From: Wenzhouxiangella sp.
GTDB taxonomy: Bacteria > Pseudomonadota > Gammaproteobacteria > Xanthomonadales > Wenzhouxiangellaceae
Direction: 5' to 3'
Length of the DNA stretch: 64,000 bases
Assembly: GCA_036351735.1 (NCBI GenBank)
Contig: JAZBPR010000027.1
Coordinates: forward strand, 39,073-103,072
The first letter of the stretch is position 1; the number at the start of each line of letters is the position of its first letter. The translations under genes and the position numbers were made by a program. The notes below the pieces were generated by a model. It did not search any database, was not told the origin of the DNA, and saw only the letters and a program-made list of their open reading frames with translations. Below are positions 10,177 through 20,359 of this stretch, piece after piece.

Positions 10177-10338
10177 AATTCCTCTTTGATCTGGATTCGT
10201 TTCAGTCTCGCTGCGATGGCAGGATTATCACATAGACCCTGTTGCCAACCGAGCTACGAAAGCCGAGTGACTGCTTTTTCCTAAAGCAATCGGCGCGTTC
10301 TTCCTGCTCCGGGCGAGCCCGAAACCGGAGTTGTTGAT

Positions 10339-10860
10339 TCAAAGCTTAAGCGGCCAGGTTCTCAAAACCTGATAAGGCCGGGCCGGGATGGACTCAATCA
10401 GGCTGAAGCTTTCGATTGGCCATATCAGCGGAGGCAGAGCGGCAAACTCCGGCTGCCTCGCAACCTGCCGGAAGAGCGTGATATGCGGTACGAATGCGCG
10501 TTCATCAAACCTCAGGTCCAGACTGCGCATCGAAGAAACCAGACCCCGAACCAAGGATCTGGACGGCTTGTTGGCAACACCACCCAGCCAGGCAACCCGC
10601 GCTCCGGGAAACCAGCCGAATCGATCCAGATGCCACGAAAACTCAGCATTTCTGATCGAGTCGGCAGCAGAACAGATGTCAGCAAGCCGATCGGCAGGCT
10701 GGTTACCCAGAAACAAGAGGGTCAAATGTAAGTTGTGATCCGGGACCTGGCGCCTTGACGTGCCCGAGATCAATTGTCTCCGCTTGATGATCTCTTCACG
10801 CATCGCCGAATCCGGCCAGCAGGCAAAGAACAGGCGCCGCGTCGACGATTCGCCGGACAT
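10339..10860 (-). CDS. thpR: RNA 2',3'-cyclic phosphodiesterase (2H family)
   Basis: Two 2H motifs (HLTL and HITL), RLFFA N-terminus, position between cinA and recA. Confidence 0.88.
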   Translation of the reverse strand: MSGESSTRRLFFACWPDSAMREEIIKRRQLISGTSRRQVPDHNLHLTLLFLGNQPADRLADICSAADSIRNAEFSWHLDRFGWFPGARVAWLGGVANKPSRSLVRGLVSSMRSLDLRFDERAFVPHITLFRQVARQPEFAALPPLIWPIESFSLIESIPARPYQVLRTWPLKL

Positions 10861-10870
10861 TTGGGTGTTT

Positions 10871-11398
10871 TCAGGAATTTGCTGAGTTAAGCAAACGAGC
10901 CAGCAGGCCGTTGAACGCAGTCACAATCGTCGCCCTGCGCACTTCGTCGCGGTCGCCGCGGAAAAGATGCCGTTCCGTTTCAACAACGCCTCCCGGCAAG
11001 GCCCAACCGAAACAGACGGTTCCCACGGGTTTTTCGGGCGACCCTCCATCCGGTCCAGCGATGCCGGTCACAGAGACCGAAAAGTCTGCCCGGCTGTACC
11101 GCAGCGCGCCCTCGGCCATGGACGCAGCCACCGGCTCGCTGACCGCGCCGAAACGAATGAGGTCAGACGCAGCGACCCCCAGTAGTTCTTGCTTGGCTTC
11201 GTTGCTGTAGGTCACCAGGCCACGTTCGAACCAGGCCGAGCTTCCTGCCAGATCAGTGCACAACTTGGCCATCCATCCACCCGTGCACGACTCGGCGGTG
11301 ACAATCCTGACCCCCCTGACCTTGCACTCGGCCGCCAGACTCGCCGTCAACGCGGCCAGAGCTTCGTCATCAAAGACTATCGATTCCTGCTGCGCCAT
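10871..11398 (-). CDS. pncC: CinA C-terminal domain protein (NMN deamidase, PncC-like)
   Basis: TAESCTGG, GSSAWFERGLVTYSNEAK, GAVSEPVA and TGIAGPDGGSPEKPVGTV. Confidence 0.88.
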   Translation of the reverse strand: MAQQESIVFDDEALAALTASLAAECKVRGVRIVTAESCTGGWMAKLCTDLAGSSAWFERGLVTYSNEAKQELLGVAASDLIRFGAVSEPVAASMAEGALRYSRADFSVSVTGIAGPDGGSPEKPVGTVCFGWALPGGVVETERHLFRGDRDEVRRATIVTAFNGLLARLLNSANS

Positions 11399-11522
11399 TG
11401 TTTAAATTTTTCCGAGGCTGTAGGGGAGCGCGAGGCCGGCCACTTGCCTATCGCCCAGCGCTGGGCCATTCTAATCACCACGCGAGAATAAATCTTTCCA
11501 TTGATGACAGGAGGCTTTCTCG

Positions 11523-12257
11523 GTGTCAGCCAGGCCAGAGAGCCAGAAAAAAGACGGTGACGCACTCGTCATGGAGCGCGATCGTCTTCCCGTTATCGCT
11601 CTGATCGCAGCCAACCTGATCCCGCTGGTCGGCATTTTCCTGTTTGATTGGGACGTCCGATACCTGCTCCTTCTGTATTGGCTTGAGAACCTTGTCGTTG
11701 GCGCCTTTACAGCGATTCGGATGTTCTCGGTTGGCGGCATCGGCGCACTTCCCATGGTGCTGTTTTTCTCATTCCACTACAGTTTTTTCTGCGGTGGACA
11801 CGGCATGATCTTGCTTGGCGTCACGTCTTTGGCCGGCCCGGAAAATCAGGAGGCCCCTTTCCAGGAGTCCGGTATTCCGTTCCTGATCCCGCTTGAATTG
11901 CTGGGCAACACACTCGCATGGATCAAGCTGAACATGCCGGACCTTCTGTTCGTCCCGCTGCTGGCCATGGTCTTAAGCCACGCCGTCTCGCTGATCAGAC
12001 ACCACTGGCTGGGTCGTGAGGACGAGGGACGAAAAGCCCAAGACATCATGTCAGACCCCTACCGCAGGATTTTCGTGCTGCATCTGGCCATCATCGCGGG
12101 CTCCTTCTTCATCGTCTCGACAGGCGGCGGTTCTGCCGCTCCAATGCTGGCCTTGCTGGTCGGCGGAAAAATCTGGCTGGATCTTCGTCTTCACCGGAAA
12201 GCCCACCTGGATCGCCACCGCAAGGCGACCTCGATGGATTCCGATCGCACCCTATAA
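11523..12257 (+). CDS. Polytopic membrane protein (DUF6498-like)
   Basis: LIAANLIPLVG, YWLENLVVG, FFSFHYSFFCGGH and PYRRIFVLHLAII. Strong AGGAGG RBS before the GTG start. Confidence 0.7.
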   Translation: MSARPESQKKDGDALVMERDRLPVIALIAANLIPLVGIFLFDWDVRYLLLLYWLENLVVGAFTAIRMFSVGGIGALPMVLFFSFHYSFFCGGHGMILLGVTSLAGPENQEAPFQESGIPFLIPLELLGNTLAWIKLNMPDLLFVPLLAMVLSHAVSLIRHHWLGREDEGRKAQDIMSDPYRRIFVLHLAIIAGSFFIVSTGGGSAAPMLALLVGGKIWLDLRLHRKAHLDRHRKATSMDSDRTL

Positions 12258-12258
12258 T
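12253..12258 (+). promoter_or_regulatory. Consensus -10 box TATAAT upstream of mutS
   Basis: Perfect TATAAT overlapping the upstream stop codon, 65 nt before the mutS ATG. The -35 is weak. Confidence 0.4.
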
Positions 12259-12323
12259 GCAAGTTGAGGGTCCGGCCGGGCCCGCACACGTTACAAAATC
12301 CGACAGCGATCCGCTCCCAGGTA

Positions 12324-14912
12324 ATGCCCAAAAGCTCCCCCAACCAACACACGCCTTTGATGCAGCAGTACCTCCGCATTAAGGCCGACTATCCAGAGAC
12401 GCTACTGTTTTTTCGCATGGGGGATTTCTACGAACTGTTCTACGACGACGCGCGTCGGGCGGCAAAATTGCTGGATATTACGCTGACCACGCGGGGTCAG
12501 TCGGCTGGACAGCCCATCCCCATGGCCGGTGTTCCTTATCACGCGGTGGACAGTTATCTCGCGCGGCTCATCAAACGCGGTGAATCGATTGCGATCTGCG
12601 AGCAGGTCGGCGATCCCGCCGAGTCAAAGGGCCCGGTCGAGCGCAAGGTAGTTCGTATTGTCACGCCGGGAACCGTGACCGATGAGGCGTTGCTGGAAGA
12701 CCGTCAGGATCGGCTGCTGGTGGCGGTGTCACCGAGCAAGACTTCCTTTGGTTTGGCCTGGCTCGATGTGGCCGGCGGGCGGCTGCGCTTTTGCGAGCCG
12801 GATGATTGGGCGGAACTGCAAGCCGAACTCGAGCGACTGCGCCCGGCCGAAATTTTGTTTCCGGAGGATTTTGTGCTCCCTGTGCAGGGCCTGAACGCGG
12901 CTCTTCGACCAACTCCCCCCTGGCATTACGATGCCCGATCCGGCGAACGCGAACTATGCCGACAACTCAAGGTGCAGGACTTGTCGGGTTTTGGCATCGA
13001 GCAGACAACAGGGCCTGGTCTCGCTGCGGCAGGCGCTTTGCTGGCCTATGCCAAAGACATGCTTTCGGGCGAGCTTGAACACTTGGTCGGCGTTCGTGCC
13101 ATCAAGCCCAACGAACATCTGACGCTGGATGCATCAACCCGCCGTCACCTTGAAATCGATGTTCATCCGGATGGTCGCAGCGAGCATACGCTGGTCGGGC
13201 TGATGGATACGGCATCGACCCCCATGGGCAGCCGCAAACTCAAGCGCTGGATCACCCATCCGCTGCGCGATCATGAAGTCTTGCGCGCCCGGCATGAGAG
13301 CGTTGCAGCCTTTCTAGCCCAGCACGTCCATATCAGCATCGCCGAAATGCTCTCCGGTCTGGGCGACCTTGAGCGCGTGCTGACCCGAATCGCGCTCAAG
13401 ACCGCTCGTCCACGCGATCTTGCCACGCTGCGAGAGGGGCTCCATCGTCTGCCCGGGCTTCACGCACAACTTGATGAGCTTAAGCCTGAACTGCTGCAGC
13501 AGTTGCGCGACCGTCTGGCTCCCCAACCCGGACTTTCCGAGTTACTCGACCGCGCCATCGTTGAACAGCCGCCGATGGTGATTCGTGACGGTGGCGTCAT
13601 CGCAGAGGGTTTTGACGCCGATCTCGACGAACTCAGGAACTTAAGCCGCAACGCCGGAGAGTTTCTGACGCGATACGAGACCCAGGAAAAAGAACGGACC
13701 GGGATCGCTAACCTTAAAGTCGGCTACAACCGGGTTCACGGCTACTACATCGAAATCTCCAAAGTTCAGGCCGACAAGGTTCCAACCGAATACAGCCGTC
13801 GGCAAACGTTAAAAAACGCAGAGCGCTACATCACAGAAGAACTCAAGAACTTCGAAGACAAGGTGCTGTCAGCCCGGGAACGCGCCCTGACGCGCGAAAA
13901 GGCGCTGTATGAACAGTTGATCGATGATCTGGCGGCCCGGCATCGCGAACTTAACCAGATGGCCTCAGCCGTAGCGACCTTGGATGTGCTGGTGAGCTTC
14001 AGCGAGCGAGCAGAGACTCTTGATTTTTCACCACCCGAGTTCCGAAATGAGCCGGGCCTGGTAATCCATGAAGGACGCCACCCAGTTGTCGAACGGGTAC
14101 AGGACGAAGCCTTCGTGCCCAACGACTGCAGACTTGACCCCGACAGACGCATGCTAGTGATTACCGGGCCAAACATGGGGGGCAAGTCCACTTTTATGCG
14201 ACAAGCCGCCCTGATCGTGATTCTGGCCCACGCCGGGAGCTACGTCCCTGCCCGCCAGGTCCAGATCGGACCGATTGACCGCGTGTTTTCGCGAATCGGC
14301 GCGGGTGATGACCTGACCCGTGGCCGCTCCACCTTCATGGTCGAAATGGTGGAGACGGCCAACATCCTGCACAACGCCACTGAGCAATCGCTGGTGCTGA
14401 TGGACGAGATTGGGCGCGGCACCTCGACCTTTGATGGTCTGGCTCTGGCTTGGGCCGTCGCTACTGAGCTGGCACTTAGACTGCGAGCGATGACGCTATT
14501 TGCCACACACTACTTTGAACTCACGCGGCTTGCCGACGATCACGACGGGATTCACAACGTCCATTTGGAGGCTCGTGAACACGGCGACCGCATTGTCTTT
14601 CTGCACTCAGTTCGCGGTGGTCCGGCCAGTCAGTCCTACGGAATTCAAGTAGCGAAACTAGCCGGCGTTCCCCGCTCCGTCATCACTCAGGCCCGCAAGC
14701 ACCTTGATCGGCTGGAGCAGGATGCCGCTCGTGCGGCATCGCCACAACTGGGACTGTTTGATCTGCCTCCGAAACCTGCGAATCAACCCGAAGAGCTCGA
14801 TCCACTCAGGGAACAGCTAACGGAACTTGACCCGGACAGCCTCAGTCCCCGGGAAGCGCTGGATGTGCTGTACCAGCTACGAGCGCTTGCCCGGGCGGCC
14901 GACGAATCCTGA
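12324..14912 (+). CDS. mutS: DNA mismatch repair protein MutS
   Basis: [35 protein letters not shown] and DEIGRGTST. Start placed at MPKSS. Confidence 0.98.
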   Translation: MPKSSPNQHTPLMQQYLRIKADYPETLLFFRMGDFYELFYDDARRAAKLLDITLTTRGQSAGQPIPMAGVPYHAVDSYLARLIKRGESIAICEQVGDPAESKGPVERKVVRIVTPGTVTDEALLEDRQDRLLVAVSPSKTSFGLAWLDVAGGRLRFCEPDDWAELQAELERLRPAEILFPEDFVLPVQGLNAALRPTPPWHYDARSGERELCRQLKVQDLSGFGIEQTTGPGLAAAGALLAYAKDMLSGELEHLVGVRAIKPNEHLTLDASTRRHLEIDVHPDGRSEHTLVGLMDTASTPMGSRKLKRWITHPLRDHEVLRARHESVAAFLAQHVHISIAEMLSGLGDLERVLTRIALKTARPRDLATLREGLHRLPGLHAQLDELKPELLQQLRDRLAPQPGLSELLDRAIVEQPPMVIRDGGVIAEGFDADLDELRNLSRNAGEFLTRYETQEKERTGIANLKVGYNRVHGYYIEISKVQADKVPTEYSRRQTLKNAERYITEELKNFEDKVLSARERALTREKALYEQLIDDLAARHRELNQMASAVATLDVLVSFSERAETLDFSPPEFRNEPGLVIHEGRHPVVERVQDEAFVPNDCRLDPDRRMLVITGPNMGGKSTFMRQAALIVILAHAGSYVPARQVQIGPIDRVFSRIGAGDDLTRGRSTFMVEMVETANILHNATEQSLVLMDEIGRGTSTFDGLALAWAVATELALRLRAMTLFATHYFELTRLADDHDGIHNVHLEAREHGDRIVFLHSVRGGPASQSYGIQVAKLAGVPRSVITQARKHLDRLEQDAARAASPQLGLFDLPPKPANQPEELDPLREQLTELDPDSLSPREALDVLYQLRALARAADES

Positions 14913-14946
14913 CGCCGCCACTTGGGCTGGAGCAAAATCAGCCGAC

Positions 14947-15507
14947 TTATCTGGGAAACGACTGAAACATTCTCGCCACCGTCTCGTCGATCAGCTCGGC
15001 AGCATTGCGTCGGGTGCGCTCAGTCACGGTATTGCGCGCCCTGCCCTCCCAGACCATTTCGTTCTTGCCAGCATCGATCAGATCGACCACCAGCGTGCCT
15101 TCGGTCACCTGATCAATCTCGGTGCGCGTGCTGTAGGCCGGCCACGGGTTATAAAAGCCATAACGATAGTCGTAAAACGTCGGGCCCATGTAGGGCTCAG
15201 GCACCTCGCGGGTCCGGATCCGCTCATCCAGATGGGCCTGGAAGTTAACCAGAAGATCAGCCTCGGCCGCGTTTTCAGCGAAGGTCAAACCCAACTCCTC
15301 AAGCTCACGCCTGGTCGAGAACACCAGCTGACGGGATATGAGGCTTGCGTAACCAGCCCGGTCCGTGCCCAGCGGGTCAACGAAAGCAAAACGCTCATAC
15401 GACGACAAATCCACGCCGGGCGCTTGCATGGTATCGATGCGCGCACCGGTCGCACAGGCACTCAGAAAAACCAGCAGCAAGGTCGCCGTAACGATATTCC
15501 TGATCAT
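14947..15507 (-). CDS. DUF4136 family lipoprotein
   Basis: Lipobox LSAC, GTLVVDLIDA and VWEG motifs. GGAG RBS before the ATG at 15507. Confidence 0.78.
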   Translation of the reverse strand: MIRNIVTATLLLVFLSACATGARIDTMQAPGVDLSSYERFAFVDPLGTDRAGYASLISRQLVFSTRRELEELGLTFAENAAEADLLVNFQAHLDERIRTREVPEPYMGPTFYDYRYGFYNPWPAYSTRTEIDQVTEGTLVVDLIDAGKNEMVWEGRARNTVTERTRRNAAELIDETVARMFQSFPR

Positions 15508-15678
15508 CAGTGTCACTCCAAGTCAACTGAACTAGGGCAGAGTATAGATCGCAAGTGTAACTATATTTCTGTGCTCGGTTTGGGTAAGCTGCGTACGGGT
15601 GCGAAATCGTCTGGGGAAATTTGTCGCACTCTTTGTTTATTGATCTGAATCTGCCGCCTTATGGCCCATTCGAGAACC

Positions 15679-16836
15679 ATGCGAAAAAATCTAAAGAATT
15701 TGGGCGCCTGCCTGGCGCTTGGCGTGATCCTGACCGGCTGCGAGCAGGAGCCAACAGCCCCGGCGCCTCCGCCGGTCGGCGTCGGTGTCTACGAAATAGA
15801 GCCCGTTGATATCAATCAGGAATGGCGCTTGAGCGCAAGGACCGAGGCTCTCGACAGCGTTGATGTTCAGGCCCGCGTCCAGGCCGAAGTCACCGGCGTC
15901 CTGTTTGATCGCGGGACCCGGGTGGAAGCCGGCCAGATCCTCTTCCAGCTCGACGATCAGACCCAGCGCGAACAATTGCGACAGGCCCAGGCACAGGTCG
16001 AGTCAGCGCGTTCTTCACTGCAGTTGGCCGAGCGCAACCTTGCTCGAGGCCTTGAAGTCGCTGATCAGGGCTTTTTATCGGCCGCCGACATCGACAAGCT
16101 CAAGAACGCCGAGCGCCAGTCAGTCTCGGCCCTGGAGTCCGCTGAAGCCGCCTTGGTTCAGGCACAGCAGAACCTTGATTACACGACGATCCGGGCTCCA
16201 ATTTCCGGTCGCGTTGGTGACACCAGTGCAACCATCGGCAACCTGGTTGGACCCGGGTCAGGCCCGCTGGTGCAACTCCAGGCAACGGATCCGATTGTGG
16301 CAAGGTTTCAACTCACCGACCGGGAGTTTATGCAGTTGGTTCAGCAGCGCAACCAGGGCTTTGATCTTGACCAGTTGGAAATTCGACTGATTCTCGATGA
16401 TGATCAGGCCCACCCTCACCCGGGAAGCCTGGACTTTGTCGATATTGAAGTCAACCGGGGCACCGGCACGGCGGACGTTACAGCACGATTTCCCAATCCG
16501 GACGATACGCTGGTGCCCGGACTATTCACTTCGGTTGAACTCCGCCTGAGGCAACCCTCTTCCCAGTTGCTGGTTCCCAATCAGGCTATCGGCCGCAACC
16601 AGTTGGGGCAGTTCGTGCGTATCGTCACGCCAGACAATACGATTGCAGAACGCCAGATCACCATAGAACGCGAACTGAGGACTTCTTCAGTCGTCGCTTC
16701 CGGACTGGACGAGGGCGACCTCGTCGTTGTTGAGGGTCTGCAGAAAATCCGGCCCGGCACCAGTGTCCAGACCGCCATGTACGACTGGGATACCGCAACC
16801 GGTCTGCTGGCACCCGTCGGATCAACCCAGCCGTGA
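15679..16836 (+). CDS. RND efflux periplasmic adaptor (membrane fusion protein)
   Basis: Lipobox LTGC, VDVQARVQAEV, TIRAPISGRVG and GDLVVVEGLQKIRPG. Confidence 0.92.
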   Translation: MRKNLKNLGACLALGVILTGCEQEPTAPAPPPVGVGVYEIEPVDINQEWRLSARTEALDSVDVQARVQAEVTGVLFDRGTRVEAGQILFQLDDQTQREQLRQAQAQVESARSSLQLAERNLARGLEVADQGFLSAADIDKLKNAERQSVSALESAEAALVQAQQNLDYTTIRAPISGRVGDTSATIGNLVGPGSGPLVQLQATDPIVARFQLTDREFMQLVQQRNQGFDLDQLEIRLILDDDQAHPHPGSLDFVDIEVNRGTGTADVTARFPNPDDTLVPGLFTSVELRLRQPSSQLLVPNQAIGRNQLGQFVRIVTPDNTIAERQITIERELRTSSVVASGLDEGDLVVVEGLQKIRPGTSVQTAMYDWDTATGLLAPVGSTQP

Positions 16837-19800
16837 TCGAGCTTTTCCTCAACCGGCCGAAGGCGGCGTTTGTCCTGTCCATCCTGATCTCGCTGGCGGG
16901 ACTGCTGGCGCTGAACGGGCTCCCCGTCAACATGTATCCCGACCTGGCGCCGCCGCAGATTCAGGTCCGCGCGGTTTATCCGGGCGCCAGTGCTGAGGTC
17001 GTTGCCGACACCGTGGTTCGTCCCATCGAACAACGTTTGAACGGCGTTGAAGGAATGATTTACATCGAATCCTCGGCCAACAGTGACGGCTCGGCAACCA
17101 TGACCGTCACCTTTGCCACCGGAACCGATGTGGACATGGCGCAGGTCAACGTCCAGAACCGGGTCAAGCTCGCCGAAAGCCAGTTGCCTGAGCCTGTCCG
17201 CCGCGAAGGCGTGGTGGTGCGCAAGCAGGCAGGCAACATGCTGCTGGGCATCAATCTTTTCTCCGAACGGCCGGAGCTCGACGCTCTTTTCCTGAGCAAC
17301 TACGCCAACACCTCTCTGGTGGAGAACGTGGCTCGTATTCCGGGCGTGGCCGAAGCGCAGGTGCTTGGGACCAGCGAATATGCCATGCGAATCTGGCTCA
17401 ATCCGGAGCGCATGAACCTCCTTGGCATCACCGTAGCGGATGTGTACGCCGCCGTCAGCGAGCAAAACCGGATCGTTGCGGCGGGCTCACTGGGGCAGGA
17501 ACCGGCTCCGCCCGACCAGGTGTTCACCTTCAACATCCGCAGCGAAGGGCGGTTGAGCGAGGCCGGCGAATTCGGGGAGACTGTGCTGCGCTCGGATCCG
17601 AGCGGGCGGGTGGTCAGGCTGCGTGACATCGCCCGGATCGAACTGGCCGCGCGCTCCTACGCGGCAACCGCCAAGCTCAACGGCCGCGACACGGCTTTCC
17701 TCGTGATCTACCAGCTGCCTGACGCCAACGCGCTCGATGTCGCCGAACGGGTTCGGGAAGAAATGATCCGCCAATCGGCCACATTTCCAGATGGACTGCA
17801 GTACGACATCCTCTTCGACAGCACGCGGTTCATTGATGAATCCATCAACGAGGTTGTGCAGACGCTCTATGAGGCGATCGCACTGGTCGTGCTGGTCGTA
17901 TTCTTGTTCCTGCAAAGCCTGCGCGCCACCCTGATTCCGACCATTGCCATTCCGGTTTCCCTGGTCGGCACCTTCGCCTTCATGGCGGTTATGGGTTACT
18001 CAGTCAATCTGATCACGCTGTTCGGCCTGGTGCTGGCTATTGGCATCGTGGTCGATGACGCTATTGTGGTTATTGAAAATGTAGACCGACTGATTCACGA
18101 GAAAGGTCTAGCCGTCAAGGAGGCAGTCTCTCAGGCGATGCGCGAGATTGCTGCGCCCATTGTTTCGACCACGCTGGTTCTGCTGGCCGTGTTTGTGCCG
18201 GTTGCGTTTCTTCCGGGCATCACCGGCGAATTGTTCCGGCAGTTCGCGGTGACGATCTGCTTTGCGGTCCTGATTTCAATGGTCAACGCCCTGACCCTGT
18301 CGCCAGCCCTGAGTTCGCTGATTCTGCGCGGCGGTGCCCAACCGATCGCCTGGCTGAAACCCGTCGAGTTCCTGATCCAAAGACTCAGCAGTGGCTACAA
18401 CTGGCTGATCGACGTGATGCTCAAGCGCATCGCAGTCTCGGCAACTGTCTTTGTAGGCATTCTTGCTTTTGTTGGCTTCCTCGCTCAGGGCACGCCAACC
18501 GGCTTTGTCCCCGAAGAAGATCAGGGCTACTTGTTCGTGGATGTTCAGCTTCCGGATGCCGCATCAGGCAACCGGACGGCCGCCGTAATGGAACAGTTGA
18601 CCGCAATGGCTCTGGAAGATCCCGCAGTCAGTGACGTCATCACGATTTCGGGTTTTTCAGTCATCAGCGGCAGTGGAACCAACATGGGCTTCGGCGTGGT
18701 CGTGCTCAAAGACTGGTCGGAGCGAGAGGATCCGTCGTTGCAGCCTGCCGCCGTCGTCCAGCGCCTGAACGGCCGATTTTGGTCTATTCCGGAAGCACGC
18801 GCGATGGTGTTCAATGTACCGGCGATCCCCGGTCTTGGGGTGGTCTCGGGCTTTGACTTGCGTTTGCTTGATACAGTGCGGGTCTCTCCCGCCGAACTGG
18901 CGCAGGTTGCCGACGCCATCGTTGCCCAGGCGAACCAGCACGAGGCACTGACCCGGGTGCGCCATAACTTCCGCGCCAACGTGCCGATGTACGAACTGGA
19001 CGTAGACCGGGACAAGACCAAACTGCTCGGGCTGAATTTCGGCGAGGTCTTCCAGACCCTGCAGACCCAACTGGGCGGCATTTATGTCAACGACTTCAGC
19101 CAGTTTGGACGAACCTACCGGGTCATGATGGAGTCCGAACAGGAATTTCGTCTGCGCCCCGAGGATCTGCGCAACTTTCAGGTGCGTAACGCAGCCGGCG
19201 ACATGGTGCCGGTCTCCGGCGTTGCAGAGCTCAGTCCTGGCGAGGGCCCCACCCGCCTTGAAGGCTTCAACCTGTATCGTAGCGTGACCATCAACGGCGA
19301 GCCCGCACCCGGCGTGTCCAGCATGGAGGCGATTGAGGCGATGCAGGACATTGTTCAGCAAAACGCGGGCTCTGGCTTCACCTCCGGCTGGGCCGGGCAG
19401 ACCCTGCAGGAACTGGAGGCCGGCAACATGATTGTCATGCTGTTCGCGCTTGCGGTACTGGCAGCCTATCTGTTTCTGGTTGCACTGTATGAAAGCTGGA
19501 CCTTACCGGTTGCCGTACTGCTGTCCGTGCCATTGGCTTTTCTGGGCTCTTTTCTTGCCTTGCGCCTGACCGGACTTCCCATGGATATCTACGCCCAGAT
19601 CGGACTGGTGCTACTGGTGGCGATGGCGACCAAGACGGCCATCCTGATTGTAGAATTCGCTATGCAATTGCGCAAAGAAGGCCGGGCAATCGTTGATGCG
19701 GCGCGAGAGGCGGCCAGTTTGCGCTTCCGGGCCGTGATCATGACCAGCCTGGCCTTCATTCTGGGTGTGGTTCCGCTAGTCACGGCAACCGGTGCAGGTG

Positions 19801-19952
19801 CTGCAAGTCGGGTCAGCCTGGGAGTAACGGTGATGTCCGGGATGATCGCGGCCATGGTATTCGTCACGCTCATGACGCCAATGCTGTATGTCCTGATTCA
19901 GTCCATGCGCGAGCGCTTTGGCCATCGTCCGACCGAAGCGGTCACCGCATGA
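16833..19952 (+). CDS. RND efflux permease (HAE1/AcrB family)
   Basis: 1039 aa with YPDLAPP, GIVVDDAIVVIEN proton-relay aspartates, TKTAILIVEF lysine and RFRAVIMTSLAF. Confidence 0.95.
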   Translation: MIELFLNRPKAAFVLSILISLAGLLALNGLPVNMYPDLAPPQIQVRAVYPGASAEVVADTVVRPIEQRLNGVEGMIYIESSANSDGSATMTVTFATGTDVDMAQVNVQNRVKLAESQLPEPVRREGVVVRKQAGNMLLGINLFSERPELDALFLSNYANTSLVENVARIPGVAEAQVLGTSEYAMRIWLNPERMNLLGITVADVYAAVSEQNRIVAAGSLGQEPAPPDQVFTFNIRSEGRLSEAGEFGETVLRSDPSGRVVRLRDIARIELAARSYAATAKLNGRDTAFLVIYQLPDANALDVAERVREEMIRQSATFPDGLQYDILFDSTRFIDESINEVVQTLYEAIALVVLVVFLFLQSLRATLIPTIAIPVSLVGTFAFMAVMGYSVNLITLFGLVLAIGIVVDDAIVVIENVDRLIHEKGLAVKEAVSQAMREIAAPIVSTTLVLLAVFVPVAFLPGITGELFRQFAVTICFAVLISMVNALTLSPALSSLILRGGAQPIAWLKPVEFLIQRLSSGYNWLIDVMLKRIAVSATVFVGILAFVGFLAQGTPTGFVPEEDQGYLFVDVQLPDAASGNRTAAVMEQLTAMALEDPAVSDVITISGFSVISGSGTNMGFGVVVLKDWSEREDPSLQPAAVVQRLNGRFWSIPEARAMVFNVPAIPGLGVVSGFDLRLLDTVRVSPAELAQVADAIVAQANQHEALTRVRHNFRANVPMYELDVDRDKTKLLGLNFGEVFQTLQTQLGGIYVNDFSQFGRTYRVMMESEQEFRLRPEDLRNFQVRNAAGDMVPVSGVAELSPGEGPTRLEGFNLYRSVTINGEPAPGVSSMEAIEAMQDIVQQNAGSGFTSGWAGQTLQELEAGNMIVMLFALAVLAAYLFLVALYESWTLPVAVLLSVPLAFLGSFLALRLTGLPMDIYAQIGLVLLVAMATKTAILIVEFAMQLRKEGRAIVDAAREAASLRFRAVIMTSLAFILGVVPLVTATGAGAASRVSLGVTVMSGMIAAMVFVTLMTPMLYVLIQSMRERFGHRPTEAVTA

Positions 19953-20308
19953 GCCGGCCGGTGCGCAACCTGTTTCGTGGTTTGCGCTTTGCGTTCCGCG
20001 ATAGACGAGTTCAGGGCCTGATCGGTTTCACCTTCACCATCATCGGTCTGGCCACGCTGTTCTACTCTTTGGTCGAGGGCTGGCCTTATCTTGATGCCCT
20101 GTATTTCGCGGTCATGACCATTGCCACAGTCGGTTATGGCGATCTGGTGCCGGTCACAAACCTTGGACGTCTGTTCACCATTGCTTACGTTCTGGTCGGA
20201 CTGGGCATCTTCATCGCCGCGGCCAGCGCCCTGGCCGAGGCCATCCTGTCACAGCGCGAACCGGGCCCGGAAGAACCGACCGGGCCTTCGTCTAGACACA
20301 GAATCTGA
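19949..20308 (+). CDS. Small two-TM potassium channel family protein
   Basis: TM - DALYFAVMTIATVGYGDLVP (TVGYG selectivity filter) - TM, 119 aa. ATGA overlap with the RND permease. Confidence 0.88.
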   Translation: MSRPVRNLFRGLRFAFRDRRVQGLIGFTFTIIGLATLFYSLVEGWPYLDALYFAVMTIATVGYGDLVPVTNLGRLFTIAYVLVGLGIFIAAASALAEAILSQREPGPEEPTGPSSRHRI

Positions 20309-20359
20309 CCCTACACAGAAGAACAGGGCTTGAAGATGGCTCAGGGTTGCGGACGGATT

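Noticed and set aside
15600-15630. GTGCGA...TCGCAC inverted repeat upstream of the RND operon
   Set aside because: It has 6-bp arms with a long irregular spacer and no local regulator, so it cannot be distinguished from chance.
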